Origin: Alkalispirochaeta sp.
GTDB lineage: Bacteria > Spirochaetota > Spirochaetia > DSM-27196 > Alkalispirochaetaceae
DNA length: 64,000 nt
Direction: 5' to 3'
Assembly (NCBI GenBank): GCA_965242725.1
Contig: CBDESZ010000004.1
Span: forward strand, 320,001 to 384,000
Positions 1 through 9,598 of this stretch are shown here, piece by piece. The notes under the pieces were generated by a model. The model was not told where the DNA came from, did no database searches, and saw only the letters and a list, made by a program, of their open reading frames with translations. The stretch's first letter is position 1; the number at the start of each line of letters is the position of its first letter. A program made the position numbers and the translations under genes.

Positions 1-907
1 GCTTCGTCGTGACGAGGGAGCAGCGGGGCAGCTGAAAATCACCGGCGGTACCTTTGATATTGACCGGCCGGATTCGGTCGTGCTGGGAGCGGAGCTTGCC
101 AGGGCATTGGGCGTCCGGGTTGGAGATACCGTTTCCATTGCCCATATGTCCCAGGAAAGCATCCGCCCGTCCGAGGCGTATTTGACCGTCACCGGTCTTT
201 TTCGCAGCGGCTATCTCGATATAGACCGGAACTGGGGCATTCTCTCTCTCGAGGGGGCCGCGAAGACGCTCCAGGCGACGGACCCCGTCGTTTTCGGCAT
301 AAAAGTTGCCGATCGATACGCCGCGGAGCGCATCGTACGGGAGCTTGAGCATGAGATCGGTGATTCCTCCTTTGCCGCGCTTCCGGAAATGTCGATTCAG
401 ACGTGGCGGGAGTACAACCGGGGAATATTCGGCGCCCTTCGTATGGAAAAAACGATGATGATATTCCTGGTGGGGCTCATCTTTGTCGTCGTTGCGGGAA
501 ATATCTACCAGCTTCTGAGAAGGAGCATCCTGGAACGGAGCGACGAGATCGCGATTATTCGTGCATTGGGCGGGGGAGAACGGGACGTGAGGCGGGTGTT
601 TGTCCTCGAGGGGTGGTTTATCGGGGTCATCGGCAGCGTCTCGGGACTCGCCGCGGGCCTCTTTATCGCGGGAAACGTGAACGAAATATTCGCCCTCCTT
701 GAATTTTTCACGACAACCCTGGGGGGTGAGGGGGTGCGCGTCTTCTCCCCCTCGTACTTCTATCTTGAGGGAATTCCCCTCTCCCTGTCGGTATGGGAGG
801 TAATCCTTGTTGCGTTCGGCGCGGTCGGAATTGCCGTGCTCGCGGCAAGGATTGCGGCGGGAGCGGTGGTTCGGATACGACCGATGGAGTTATTGCGGAA
901 TGAGTGA
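1..907 (+). CDS. Lipoprotein-release ABC permease, LolC/E (FtsX-like); 5' end outside window
   Basis: Frame is open from base 2. Contains 'WREYNRGIFGALRMEKTMM...EIAIIRALG' LolC/E motifs and C-terminal TM helices; overlaps the lolD start. Confidence 0.88.
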   Translation, partial: LRRDEGAAGQLKITGGTFDIDRPDSVVLGAELARALGVRVGDTVSIAHMSQESIRPSEAYLTVTGLFRSGYLDIDRNWGILSLEGAAKTLQATDPVVFGIKVADRYAAERIVRELEHEIGDSSFAALPEMSIQTWREYNRGIFGALRMEKTMMIFLVGLIFVVVAGNIYQLLRRSILERSDEIAIIRALGGGERDVRRVFVLEGWFIGVIGSVSGLAAGLFIAGNVNEIFALLEFFTTTLGGEGVRVFSPSYFYLEGIPLSLSVWEVILVAFGAVGIAVLAARIAAGAVVRIRPMELLRNE

Positions 908-1598
908 TCACACAGAGAATGCAGGTGTCGCCGTCGTCGTCCGGGGCGTTCAAAAAGGGTTCCCCAGCGGGGAGGAGTTTCTCCACATCCTGAAGGACGT
1001 ATCATTTGTGGTTGAACCGAACGAACGGGTCGCCATCGTCGGCGAAAGCGGAAGCGGAAAAAGCACAATTTTGAGCCTGATAGCCGGTTTGGATCTTCCC
1101 GACGCGGGGTCGATCGCCGTGGGTGAACGGGAGGTGACCGGGCTTACCGGTGCGGGACTGGACGGATATCGCTCCCGGACGGTGGGGCTGGTCTTTCAAT
1201 TTCACCATTTGCTCCGGGACTTCACGGCGATCGAGAATGTCATGCTCCCGGCAATGGTAAAGGGGAGCAGTCGCAGCGACGTCCGTGAGATGGCGGCGGA
1301 GCTCCTCGCGGAGGTGGGGCTTCAACGCCGCATGGACCATCTCCCCGCCCAGCTGTCGGGCGGCGAACGGCAGCGGGTTGCCCTCGCCCGGGCGCTGATT
1401 AACGACCCGCCCCTGCTCCTCGCCGACGAACCGACGGGAAACCTTGACGATGAAACATCCCGGACGGTGGAAGATATCCTCTTTGACGTCGTATCCCGGC
1501 GGAGACGGACGCTTATTCTCGTTACCCATAATACCGACCTGGCCCGTCGGGCGGGAACCGTACTGGCCCTGGAGGGTGGATGTCTCTCTCCGCGCTGA
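900..1598 (+). CDS. lolD: ABC ATPase LolD
   Basis: Walker A GESGSGKS, VFQFHHLL, signature LSGGERQRVALARAL, LLADEPTGNLD; lies between two LolC/E permeases. ATG at 900. Confidence 0.88.
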   Translation: MSDHTENAGVAVVVRGVQKGFPSGEEFLHILKDVSFVVEPNERVAIVGESGSGKSTILSLIAGLDLPDAGSIAVGEREVTGLTGAGLDGYRSRTVGLVFQFHHLLRDFTAIENVMLPAMVKGSSRSDVREMAAELLAEVGLQRRMDHLPAQLSGGERQRVALARALINDPPLLLADEPTGNLDDETSRTVEDILFDVVSRRRRTLILVTHNTDLARRAGTVLALEGGCLSPR

Positions 1599-2899
1599 TC
1601 ATGCTCGCCTTCCGCTTTCTCGGTGGCGGAATGCGTCGGGCGGGCAGGGGCCGGAGCAGATTTGTCACGGCGATCATCGCCATCGCGCTGAGTGTCGTTC
1701 CCCTCGTTCTCGTTCAGCACGTCGCCGACGGAATGATCGCGGGTATCGTAGGGCGATTCATGGAGACGGGAAGCTATCACATTCAGGCAATCGCCCGGCA
1801 GGCGCCGGAGGAGACACCTCTGTCCGCCATCTCCTCCATTCCAGGCGTCGTCTCGGCCGGGAGGGAGCGGCAGGGATTTGGCCTGCTCTATTCCGATTCG
1901 GGTCGGAGCGGTGTGACGATCCGTGCGGTATCCAACGCCTACTGGGCCCGGGACACCCGTGTACAGGACTATCTGGAAGTCGCCGCCGGCTCTTTTGACC
2001 TGACCGACGAGAACTCAATCGTGGTGGGTACGCATATCGCCGATCGACTCGATATCGCGCCGGGGGACGAAATACGCCTCCTCACCGTCCGTCCCCTGGG
2101 AGAGGGGAGGATGCTGCCGCGGGTGAGTCGATTCACCGTCTCCGGCGTCGTCACATCGGGCTATCGTGATCTTGACCGATTGTGGGTATTTATCCCCCTC
2201 GAACGGGGACTCAGGGTTATTCCCGATGAGGGCGCCCGGGATATTATCGGTATCAAAGTGGAGAATCCCCGGTCCCTTCCCAACCCCCTCTTTGGACGCG
2301 GCGTTGCCGGTGTTTTTGACCGGTCGGAGCGCGAGGGCGGAGCGCGTATGCTCCGTCAGATTGCCGGCGCCGCAGGGGAGGGGTGGTTTGTTCTCGACTG
2401 GTACACCCTCGAGGAGGGCCGGTACATTTCATTTCTTACCAGCCGCAACCTCCTGAGTCTCGTCATGGCGATGATCGTCGTAGTGGCGGCGGTGAATGTC
2501 TCGTCGGCCCTCGTGCTGCTGGTCATCGAGAAGGAGCAGGAAATCGCCATACTTCGCGCGACGGGAGTCCCCGCGCAGGGAGTTCGCAACGCCTTCGTCC
2601 TGGCCGGTCTGATCGTCGGTATCGTCGGCGCCGCGGCGGGAACGGCGGTGGGACTGCTCATGGCTCGATACATTAATGAAATCCTCCGTTTTCTGGAGAT
2701 CGTTGTGTCGGTCCTTGCCGGCCGGACGGTCGATCTCTTCAACGGTGATTTCTACCTGGAACAGATTCCCGTGACCATTTCCTACCTCCCCGTATTGGGG
2801 GCGGTGCTGTTTACCCTGATTGTCTCCCTGATCGCGGGGCTCCTGCCCGCCCGAAAAGCGAGCGACGTCCGGCCGGATCAGATTCTTCGGCATCAATAG
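1580..2899 (+). CDS. Lipoprotein-release ABC permease LolC/E family
   Basis: N-terminal TM, periplasmic MacB-like domain, 'EKEQEIAILRATG', 'FYLEQIPV' and C-terminal TMs. Confidence 0.85.
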   Translation: MSLSALIMLAFRFLGGGMRRAGRGRSRFVTAIIAIALSVVPLVLVQHVADGMIAGIVGRFMETGSYHIQAIARQAPEETPLSAISSIPGVVSAGRERQGFGLLYSDSGRSGVTIRAVSNAYWARDTRVQDYLEVAAGSFDLTDENSIVVGTHIADRLDIAPGDEIRLLTVRPLGEGRMLPRVSRFTVSGVVTSGYRDLDRLWVFIPLERGLRVIPDEGARDIIGIKVENPRSLPNPLFGRGVAGVFDRSEREGGARMLRQIAGAAGEGWFVLDWYTLEEGRYISFLTSRNLLSLVMAMIVVVAAVNVSSALVLLVIEKEQEIAILRATGVPAQGVRNAFVLAGLIVGIVGAAAGTAVGLLMARYINEILRFLEIVVSVLAGRTVDLFNGDFYLEQIPVTISYLPVLGAVLFTLIVSLIAGLLPARKASDVRPDQILRHQ

Positions 2900-2912
2900 G
2901 CATCCCGCGGCG

Positions 2913-3476
2913 ATGGAACGACGAATTCCCGTCGATTCGATTACTGTAGTTGTGGATTCTCTTTTCGTGTTGCAGTACCATTCCCCTATAGGAGCGGTGG
3001 TGAAGACAATTAAGGTGGTTCGAGTAATCGGCGGAAAGCGCAACGAGATTGAGATATCCGCGGGACGGGCGCGGGAGCTGGGCATTTCCGACATGCCGTC
3101 GCCCCCCGTCAGTGTTGCATACCTGATGGATGGTCTCTTTGTCGGCGTCGGTTCTTCCGGCAGTGATCAGATGTGCAACGAATGCGGCACGACGCTGCGG
3201 GACGTCCTCCTTCGACACCGCGTCGGCTGTGCCCACTGCTATGACGCCTTTGCCCCGTCTATCGGTCGTCTTCTGAAATTTCATTATCGGACGGATCGTC
3301 ATCAGCACCGCCTTCCCGTCCGGCTGCAACGGTACCGCAATATGTTGCTTGAACGGGAGTCGTTGCAGCACCGTCTCACTCTGGCCGTCGAGTCTGAAGA
3401 CTTTGAGTCGGCGGCGGAAATACGGGACAGGATCGGTCAAATAGGAATTGCCGACGGCGAGTCCCATACGGAATAG
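2913..3476 (+). CDS. mcsA: McsA-like protein (UVR domain) lacking the N-terminal CxxC motifs; start uncertain
   Basis: CNECG...VGCAHCY and UVR motif 'AVESEDFESAAEIRDRI'; first gene of the mcsA-mcsB-clpC order. Confidence 0.75.
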   Translation: MERRIPVDSITVVVDSLFVLQYHSPIGAVVKTIKVVRVIGGKRNEIEISAGRARELGISDMPSPPVSVAYLMDGLFVGVGSSGSDQMCNECGTTLRDVLLRHRVGCAHCYDAFAPSIGRLLKFHYRTDRHQHRLPVRLQRYRNMLLERESLQHRLTLAVESEDFESAAEIRDRIGQIGIADGESHTE

Positions 3477-3484
3477 GAGACTCC

Positions 3485-4522
3485 ATGGTCAACCACGCCG
3501 TAGAACCTCGCCGGTCATCCTGGTACTCCCTCGACGGAGCCGACCGGGATGTCGTAATCGTATCTCAAATCGAGTTGCACCGAAATCTGCAGAACATTCC
3601 CTTTCCCCACCGAATGACCGGGGAACAGCGCCTGCACCTGCGTCGTATCTGTGAACGGGCGCTTCACGCGCTCACCGGTGATTTCACCCTCCTGGACGGT
3701 GAGGCCCTTCCGGCGCCCCTGTTACGGTTCTACGAGGAGGGGGGAGTCATCCGCCACGGAGAGGAGCCCGGGCTTGCGGCCATTTCCGCCGATCATGGTG
3801 AGGTCGTCTCCCTGGGAGCCGCCGACCATATCGTTCTCTCGGTGAATGCGGGGGGGCTGGATCTTGCCGGCGCCCACGCGCGGGCGATCGGTCTGGATCA
3901 GCAGCTGGAGGACCACCTTGAATACGCAGTCTCCCTTGCGCTGGGATACCTTTCGCCCGATTTGAACCGGCTCGGTTCGGCGATGACGGGACGACTCTAT
4001 TTTCACCTCCCTGCGATTGAGCACAGTGAGGGTATGAGCCTGCCGGCGGGTGAGAAGGGTGATGAGTCGATCGTTCTTTCCCGTTATGGAACCGCCGGTG
4101 AGGAGCATGGCTCGCTGTATACGGCAGAGCTGGCGGGCAGTTTCGGGCAGAGCGAGGAAGAAATAATAACTGAACTTGAAGGTTTTGCCGCCCGATTAGT
4201 ACATTATGAGCGTGAAGCGCGGCTGGAGTTGAAGAAACGACGCGGTGACGAGCTTGTCGACGCGGTGCAGCGGGCGCTGGGGACATTGCGATATGCCCGC
4301 AAATTGTCCCGAAAAGAGACGATGGACCTGTTGTCGATCGTTCGTCTCGGCGTTAGTTTGAATCTCCTGGATGACGTGGAGCTGAACACCGTGACGGACG
4401 CGCTCTTTGTGAGCGGCGACGAACAGGTACGGATACTAACAAAACAGGAAGAATCGACATCACCGGAAGCCGCTCGGGCTACGCTGATGCGCACGATACT
4501 TGGGAGACTGGAGAATGTTTAA
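3485..4522 (+). CDS. mcsB: McsB-like ATP:guanido phosphotransferase family protein with degenerate catalytic motifs
   Basis: 'RNLQNIPFP', 'GYL...HLPAI', 'GQSEEEI', 'RALGTLRYAR', 'LSIVRLGV'; located between mcsA and clpC. Confidence 0.75.
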   Translation: MVNHAVEPRRSSWYSLDGADRDVVIVSQIELHRNLQNIPFPHRMTGEQRLHLRRICERALHALTGDFTLLDGEALPAPLLRFYEEGGVIRHGEEPGLAAISADHGEVVSLGAADHIVLSVNAGGLDLAGAHARAIGLDQQLEDHLEYAVSLALGYLSPDLNRLGSAMTGRLYFHLPAIEHSEGMSLPAGEKGDESIVLSRYGTAGEEHGSLYTAELAGSFGQSEEEIITELEGFAARLVHYEREARLELKKRRGDELVDAVQRALGTLRYARKLSRKETMDLLSIVRLGVSLNLLDDVELNTVTDALFVSGDEQVRILTKQEESTSPEAARATLMRTILGRLENV

Positions 4523-7142
4523 AGGACTGACACAGCGGGCGCAACGGGTGTTGCAGATACTCGCTCAGGATGAGGCGAAGCGATTTCACTCGGATCAGCT
4601 TCTGCCGGAACATATTATGCTCGCCCTGCTTAAAGAGGGCGGGGGTCTGGGGTACAAGGCGCTTGAAAAGCTCATGATCGACCCCGCCCGGATGCAGATC
4701 GATCTGGAAAACGTCATACCGAAAAAGCGTGGCGGTTTTACCCTCGGCGACGTTCCCCCGTCTCCACGGGGCAGAAAGGTGCTGGAGGACTCCGCGGAAG
4801 AGGCACGCAATCTGGGACACGAGTATATCGGCACTGAGCACCTCCTGCTGGCGTGCAGCCGGGAAGCCGACAGCGAGACCGCCAAGTTTCTCGACCAGCA
4901 CAACGTTACCGTCGAGATGCTGCGCGACGTGATTTCCGAGCTCAGCGGCGGAGAACGGGGCGGCCAGGCGGCGGCCGGAGCCGCCTCATCGGGCGGCGGC
5001 AGCGCGCAGGCGGGCTCTTCCCGGCGGCGAGTATCCACCGCATCGTCGGGTAAAAAGACGACACCAACCCTGGATGAGTTTTCCCGGGATCTCACACAAC
5101 TTGCCAGGGAGGATAAGCTCGATCCGGTGATCGGGCGGGCAAAGGAAATCCAGCGGGTGATTCAGATACTCGCGCGGAGGACCAAGAACAATCCCGTTCT
5201 GATCGGTGAACCCGGTGTGGGAAAAACGGCGATCGTTGAAGGGCTTGCGCAGAAAATCGTTGACGGCAGCGCACCTGAAGTGCTCGTGGGAAAACGTGTG
5301 CTCACCCTTGACCTGGCCGGCCTCATCGCCGGAACCAAATACCGCGGGGAGTTTGAAGAGCGGTTGAAACGGGTGATGAAGGAAATCACCGCCAACGGAA
5401 ATATTATTCTCTTTATAGATGAGCTTCACACAATTATCGGCGCCGGCGGCGCAGAGGGCGCAATCGATGCGAGCAACATGCTCAAACCGGCGCTCTCCCG
5501 GGGTGAAATTCAATGTATCGGTGCGACGACTCTGAACGAGTACAAGAAGTACATTGAAAAAGACGCCGCCCTGGAACGACGATTTCAGAGCATTATCGTG
5601 GAAGAGCCGACTGTTGAAGATACGATCGAGATTCTCAAGGGAATAAAGGGTCACTACGAGAAGCACCATAACGTCTCATACACCCCGGGCGCGGTGGAGG
5701 TGGCTGCTACGCTCTCCCGAAGGTACATGTCCGACCGTTTTCTTCCGGACAAGGCGATCGACCTTATAGATGAAGCCGGCAGTCGGAAGCGTATCGACAA
5801 CAGCGTGCGGCCGACGGAGATTGCAGAACTGGAAAGTGAGATTGAGCGGCTCAACTCCGACAAGCTTGCCCTTGTAAACAGCCAGAACTACGAACGGGCT
5901 GCAGCCGTGCGCGATGAAGTGCGGCAGCTGAAGCAGCGTGTAGAAGAGCTGCGTACGCAGTGGAAGGTGTCGTTGAAGAGCGAGCAGAGTATCGTCGATT
6001 CCGACGACATCAACTACATCCTCAGCGAAATGACCGGCATTCCCCTCGTACGGCTTGCACAAAGCGAGAGCGAGCGATTGCTGGATATTGAGAAAGAGCT
6101 TCACCGTCGAGTGGTAGGCCAGGACGACGCAATCAAGGCGATAGCCGGCTCTATTCGTCGAAGCAGAACGGGGCTCAGCTCGCCGGAACGGCCGATGGGT
6201 TCATTCATCTTCCTCGGACCGACGGGTGTGGGGAAGAGCCTTCTGGCAAAGTCTCTTGCGGAATACCTCTTCGGAAGCGACGAAGCACTTATTCGCATCG
6301 ACATGTCGGACTACATGGAAAAACACAACGTTTCCAGGCTTGTGGGAGCGCCTCCGGGCTACATAGGCTACGATGAAGGCGGCGTCCTGACCGAGAAGAT
6401 CCGGCGTAAGCCCTACGCGGTCGTTCTTCTCGACGAGATTGAGAAAGCTCATCCCGACGTCTTTAACATTCTCCTGCAAATCCTTGAAGAGGGTGAACTC
6501 CACGATAATCTCGGTCACAAGGTCAACTTCCGCAATGTTGTCCTTATCATGACCTCCAACGCCGGAGCACGGGAGATCACCAGGGAGTCCTCCGTTGGAT
6601 TCCGCAAGGAAGAAGGTGTCATGGATTACCGGGAGATCAGATCGTCGGCGATGAATGAACTCCGCCGCCTCTTTCGTCCGGAGTTCATAAACCGGGTGGA
6701 TGAGATCGTCGTATTCCACAGCCTCCAGGACAAGCAGGTGCGGGATATTCTGGATATTCTGCTTGGAGAGGTTCAGACACGTCTTGCCGAGCGGGATATC
6801 ACCCTGGAAGTGAATCGTTCCGCCCGGGACCTTCTCATAAAGGAGGGGTACGACGTGAAATACGGCGCGCGTCCCCTGCGCCGGACGATACAGCGGGATA
6901 TTGAAGATCCCCTTTCCATGGATCTCCTGCGGGGTCGATTTGACGAGGGTTCCCACATCGTCGTCGGCGTCAAGAAGGGCAAGATCACCTTCCGCACCAA
7001 ACGTCGCAAGGCGAAAGAGGCGGAGGCAAAGGACTCCGGGTCTGAACAGTCATCTTCCGGAGACCACGACTTCAACGGCGGAGATGCGTCCGGCGGAGAT
7101 GCGTCCGGCGGGGATAAATCGTTTCGCCTCGGAGACGGGTAG
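4515..7142 (+). CDS. clpC: ATP-dependent Clp protease ATPase subunit ClpC
   Basis: Clp-N repeats, two AAA+ modules ([16 protein letters not shown]), UVR middle domain, MGSF loop. ATG at 4515 overlaps the mcsB stop. Confidence 0.95.
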   Translation: MFKGLTQRAQRVLQILAQDEAKRFHSDQLLPEHIMLALLKEGGGLGYKALEKLMIDPARMQIDLENVIPKKRGGFTLGDVPPSPRGRKVLEDSAEEARNLGHEYIGTEHLLLACSREADSETAKFLDQHNVTVEMLRDVISELSGGERGGQAAAGAASSGGGSAQAGSSRRRVSTASSGKKTTPTLDEFSRDLTQLAREDKLDPVIGRAKEIQRVIQILARRTKNNPVLIGEPGVGKTAIVEGLAQKIVDGSAPEVLVGKRVLTLDLAGLIAGTKYRGEFEERLKRVMKEITANGNIILFIDELHTIIGAGGAEGAIDASNMLKPALSRGEIQCIGATTLNEYKKYIEKDAALERRFQSIIVEEPTVEDTIEILKGIKGHYEKHHNVSYTPGAVEVAATLSRRYMSDRFLPDKAIDLIDEAGSRKRIDNSVRPTEIAELESEIERLNSDKLALVNSQNYERAAAVRDEVRQLKQRVEELRTQWKVSLKSEQSIVDSDDINYILSEMTGIPLVRLAQSESERLLDIEKELHRRVVGQDDAIKAIAGSIRRSRTGLSSPERPMGSFIFLGPTGVGKSLLAKSLAEYLFGSDEALIRIDMSDYMEKHNVSRLVGAPPGYIGYDEGGVLTEKIRRKPYAVVLLDEIEKAHPDVFNILLQILEEGELHDNLGHKVNFRNVVLIMTSNAGAREITRESSVGFRKEEGVMDYREIRSSAMNELRRLFRPEFINRVDEIVVFHSLQDKQVRDILDILLGEVQTRLAERDITLEVNRSARDLLIKEGYDVKYGARPLRRTIQRDIEDPLSMDLLRGRFDEGSHIVVGVKKGKITFRTKRRKAKEAEAKDSGSEQSSSGDHDFNGGDASGGDASGGDKSFRLGDG
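7076..7111 (+). repeat. 15-bp tandem repeat (CGGCGGAGATGCGTC x2 plus partial) encoding [12 protein letters not shown] in the ClpC tail
   Basis: Read directly from the sequence. Confidence 0.85.
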
Positions 7143-7832
7143 TCAGAGTTTTCCCGCCTCCAGAAAGCTGTAGTGGCCGTCCCGGGCAAAGACTATGTGA
7201 TCCAGGAGCTTAATACCCAGAATGTCACCCGCCTCCCTGAGGGAACGGGTGACCATGTAGTCCTCCTCGCTTGGATCCACCCGTCCGCTCGGGTGATTGT
7301 GGGCACAGACTATTCCGACCGCGCGGTCACTGATGGCGTCGGAAAACACCTCCCTCGGGTGGACCAGCGTCCTGTTCACCAACCCGACAGATACGACGTG
7401 AACGGCGATTACCTCATGGGCGCCGTTGAGGGAAATTACAAGAAAGTGCTCCTGTGGCCGGTCCGCGTAGTGCTGAATCAGGGGTAGCACATCCCCCGGC
7501 TGGCGTATGCGGTAGTTTCTGGGTGCAAGGACACGACGGGCGAGTTCAAAAGCCGCCGCCAGTTGTCCGACCTTGGCCGGCCCCATTCCCGGTATCAGCA
7601 GTAATTGACGGGGATCGTAGCGAAATCTGCTCTCTTCCAGGACGGTAAGGACCGTCTCGGCGAGGCGGTAGACATTACACCCCCGCATGCCGCGACCAAT
7701 GACCGCGGCGACGAGGTCCCGATCACTCAGACTGTCCGTGCCGGAGAGGAGAATTCGCTCCCGCGGTCCCCCTTCACGAGTTGATTGCGTTCCATTACGA
7801 CTTTTTTTTATTCGTTCTTCCCGTACTTCCAT
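7143..7832 (-). CDS. radC: RadC/UPF0758 JAB-domain protein
   Basis: 'PRERILL', 'GMGPAK', 'VHPREVF', JAMM motif HNHPSG...PSEED, 'LLDHIV'. Confidence 0.92.
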   Translation of the reverse strand: MEVREERIKKSRNGTQSTREGGPRERILLSGTDSLSDRDLVAAVIGRGMRGCNVYRLAETVLTVLEESRFRYDPRQLLLIPGMGPAKVGQLAAAFELARRVLAPRNYRIRQPGDVLPLIQHYADRPQEHFLVISLNGAHEVIAVHVVSVGLVNRTLVHPREVFSDAISDRAVGIVCAHNHPSGRVDPSEEDYMVTRSLREAGDILGIKLLDHIVFARDGHYSFLEAGKL

Positions 7833-7900
7833 ATACCGACCCACGAAACGGATGGGCCTACCGCTTTGTAAGGACGGAGAATTTCGGTATATTTTGAACC

Positions 7901-8488
7901 ATGGCAGAAATAAAATCGGCTCTCGAGCTCGCCCTGGAGCGGACCAAAGACATCAAGAGTGATCCTGAAGGCCTGCGACGACATGAGGCGCAGGAGACGG
8001 GAAAGCGACTGTATGCGAAGTTTCAGGAAGACCCCGAATTTGATTTGAAGAAGGCGTTGAAGGAGATACCCAAAGACAAACAGCAGTGGGTCCGGGAAGG
8101 TCTGTTCTCGGTCATACAGCACAACCTCACCCTCCCCAAATCTGAAGCGGATATGGACCGTCTCACCTCGGTGGAGAACGCACTTGCAGCGCTCCTTCGT
8201 GACAGGTCCGTTCTCTCGGAGCTCATGGGACAGGTGCGGCAGTTTTTCAAGCGCTACCTGGAAGACAGGAACCAGCTTACCGAAAACCTCCGCCGCCAGT
8301 ATGAGCCGCGGATAAAGCAAAAGGAACAGCAGCTGTCGCAGCAATACGGGCGCAAAGTGAAGCTCGATCCCGCGTCGGATCCGGAGTACAACCGGGTGCT
8401 TCAGGATCATATCGGGCAACTTGATGACCGGTATCGCAACGCGTTGCAGCAGGTTCATCAGCACCTCACCACAATGTTTCGATCATAA
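7901..8488 (+). CDS. Conserved hypothetical helical protein (resembles the DUF6657 family, from memory)
   Basis: N-terminus MAEIKSALELALERT; charged helical composition; TAATG coupling to the next gene. Confidence 0.65.
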   Translation: MAEIKSALELALERTKDIKSDPEGLRRHEAQETGKRLYAKFQEDPEFDLKKALKEIPKDKQQWVREGLFSVIQHNLTLPKSEADMDRLTSVENALAALLRDRSVLSELMGQVRQFFKRYLEDRNQLTENLRRQYEPRIKQKEQQLSQQYGRKVKLDPASDPEYNRVLQDHIGQLDDRYRNALQQVHQHLTTMFRS

Positions 8489-9579
8489 TGAAACGGGGAG
8501 TCTTTACCGTCCTGTCCATAGACGGTGGAGGCGTGCGGGGCCTCATTCCGGCGCTCATCATCCGGGATCTCATGAAGCGCGTCCGTTTTATCGCGGAATA
8601 TGCACGGCAGAACCGCAGGATGGTGGCCGGGACGTTCATCACGCGGAAAGTGGTACGGGATATCACCGTCGACTCTCTCTTTGATCTCTTTGCCGGAACG
8701 TCCACGGGTGCCCTGCTGGCCATCGGGTTTTCGGCAATGCGGAAATATACGGCCGACGAGATGGTGGAGATATACCGGAAGCATGGATCGACGATATTTC
8801 CGCTGAAACAGTTCAAGTCGTTGCGGTCGGGAGTGCGTCAGGCCTTTGCGGAAAAATATGACGCCGAACCGCTGGAAAAGCTCTTCTTTGCCATCTTTGG
8901 CGATCAGAAGCTGAGTGACTGTACCACCAACCTTCTGGTCAGCTCCTACGATACCGATCAGCGGGGGCCGTTCTTTTTTAAACACTATGACCGGCCGATC
9001 AAGGGGAAAAGCGGGGATCCCCCGGAAGACTACTTTCTCCGTGACGTCGCCAGGGCGACAACGGCGGCACCCACCTATTTCCTGCCCGCCCGTGTCCGCT
9101 CCGCCTCAGGTACGGAACGCACGCTTCTTGACGGAGGCATGGTGGCAAACAACCCCGCCTTGAGTGCCTATACGGAGGCGCGGAAAATAAAACGCAACGC
9201 CCGACGGTTCGTTATCGTTTCCATCGGTACGGGCCGGAACGGGCGGCGATTCCATTACGATAAGATCAGCAAATGGGGATATCTGGATTGGGTCTCTCCC
9301 GCAAACGGCGTACCGATGCTCGCTTTCATGATGGACGGTCAGAGTGAAGCGGCGGCGCACTCCCTGAAAAATCTGCCGCGCATCGACTATTACCGCTTCA
9401 ATGCCGACCTTACCGACGTCGCGGAAGAGATGGACGATGCGAGTACGAAAAATATGGCGGAAATCGAGGAGATGGCCCGTCGCGTGATAAGGGAAAACTC
9501 GGCGGAGCTCCATCGCCTCGCCAGAACGCTCTTCTTTCACGCCGTGCGCCGACGCCCCCCACGGCATCGACGGGGCTGA
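8488..9579 (+). CDS. Patatin-like phospholipase
   Basis: DGGGVRG oxyanion motif, GTSTG nucleophile, AAPTYF, DGGMVANNP, SIGTG. Confidence 0.92.
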   Translation: MKRGVFTVLSIDGGGVRGLIPALIIRDLMKRVRFIAEYARQNRRMVAGTFITRKVVRDITVDSLFDLFAGTSTGALLAIGFSAMRKYTADEMVEIYRKHGSTIFPLKQFKSLRSGVRQAFAEKYDAEPLEKLFFAIFGDQKLSDCTTNLLVSSYDTDQRGPFFFKHYDRPIKGKSGDPPEDYFLRDVARATTAAPTYFLPARVRSASGTERTLLDGGMVANNPALSAYTEARKIKRNARRFVIVSIGTGRNGRRFHYDKISKWGYLDWVSPANGVPMLAFMMDGQSEAAAHSLKNLPRIDYYRFNADLTDVAEEMDDASTKNMAEIEEMARRVIRENSAELHRLARTLFFHAVRRRPPRHRRG

Positions 9580-9598
9580 CGCGTCTGCCGCGGTGGAC

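Noticed and set aside
7076..7111. ClpC tail repeat as a functional element
   Set aside because: Only about 2.4 copies in a disordered tail; most likely neutral slippage.
7143..9579. RadC (JAB domain) plus patatin as a CBASS-like defence system
   Set aside because: No CD-NTase or E1/E2 gene. RadC is the ordinary full-length chromosomal type and is transcribed away from the patatin.
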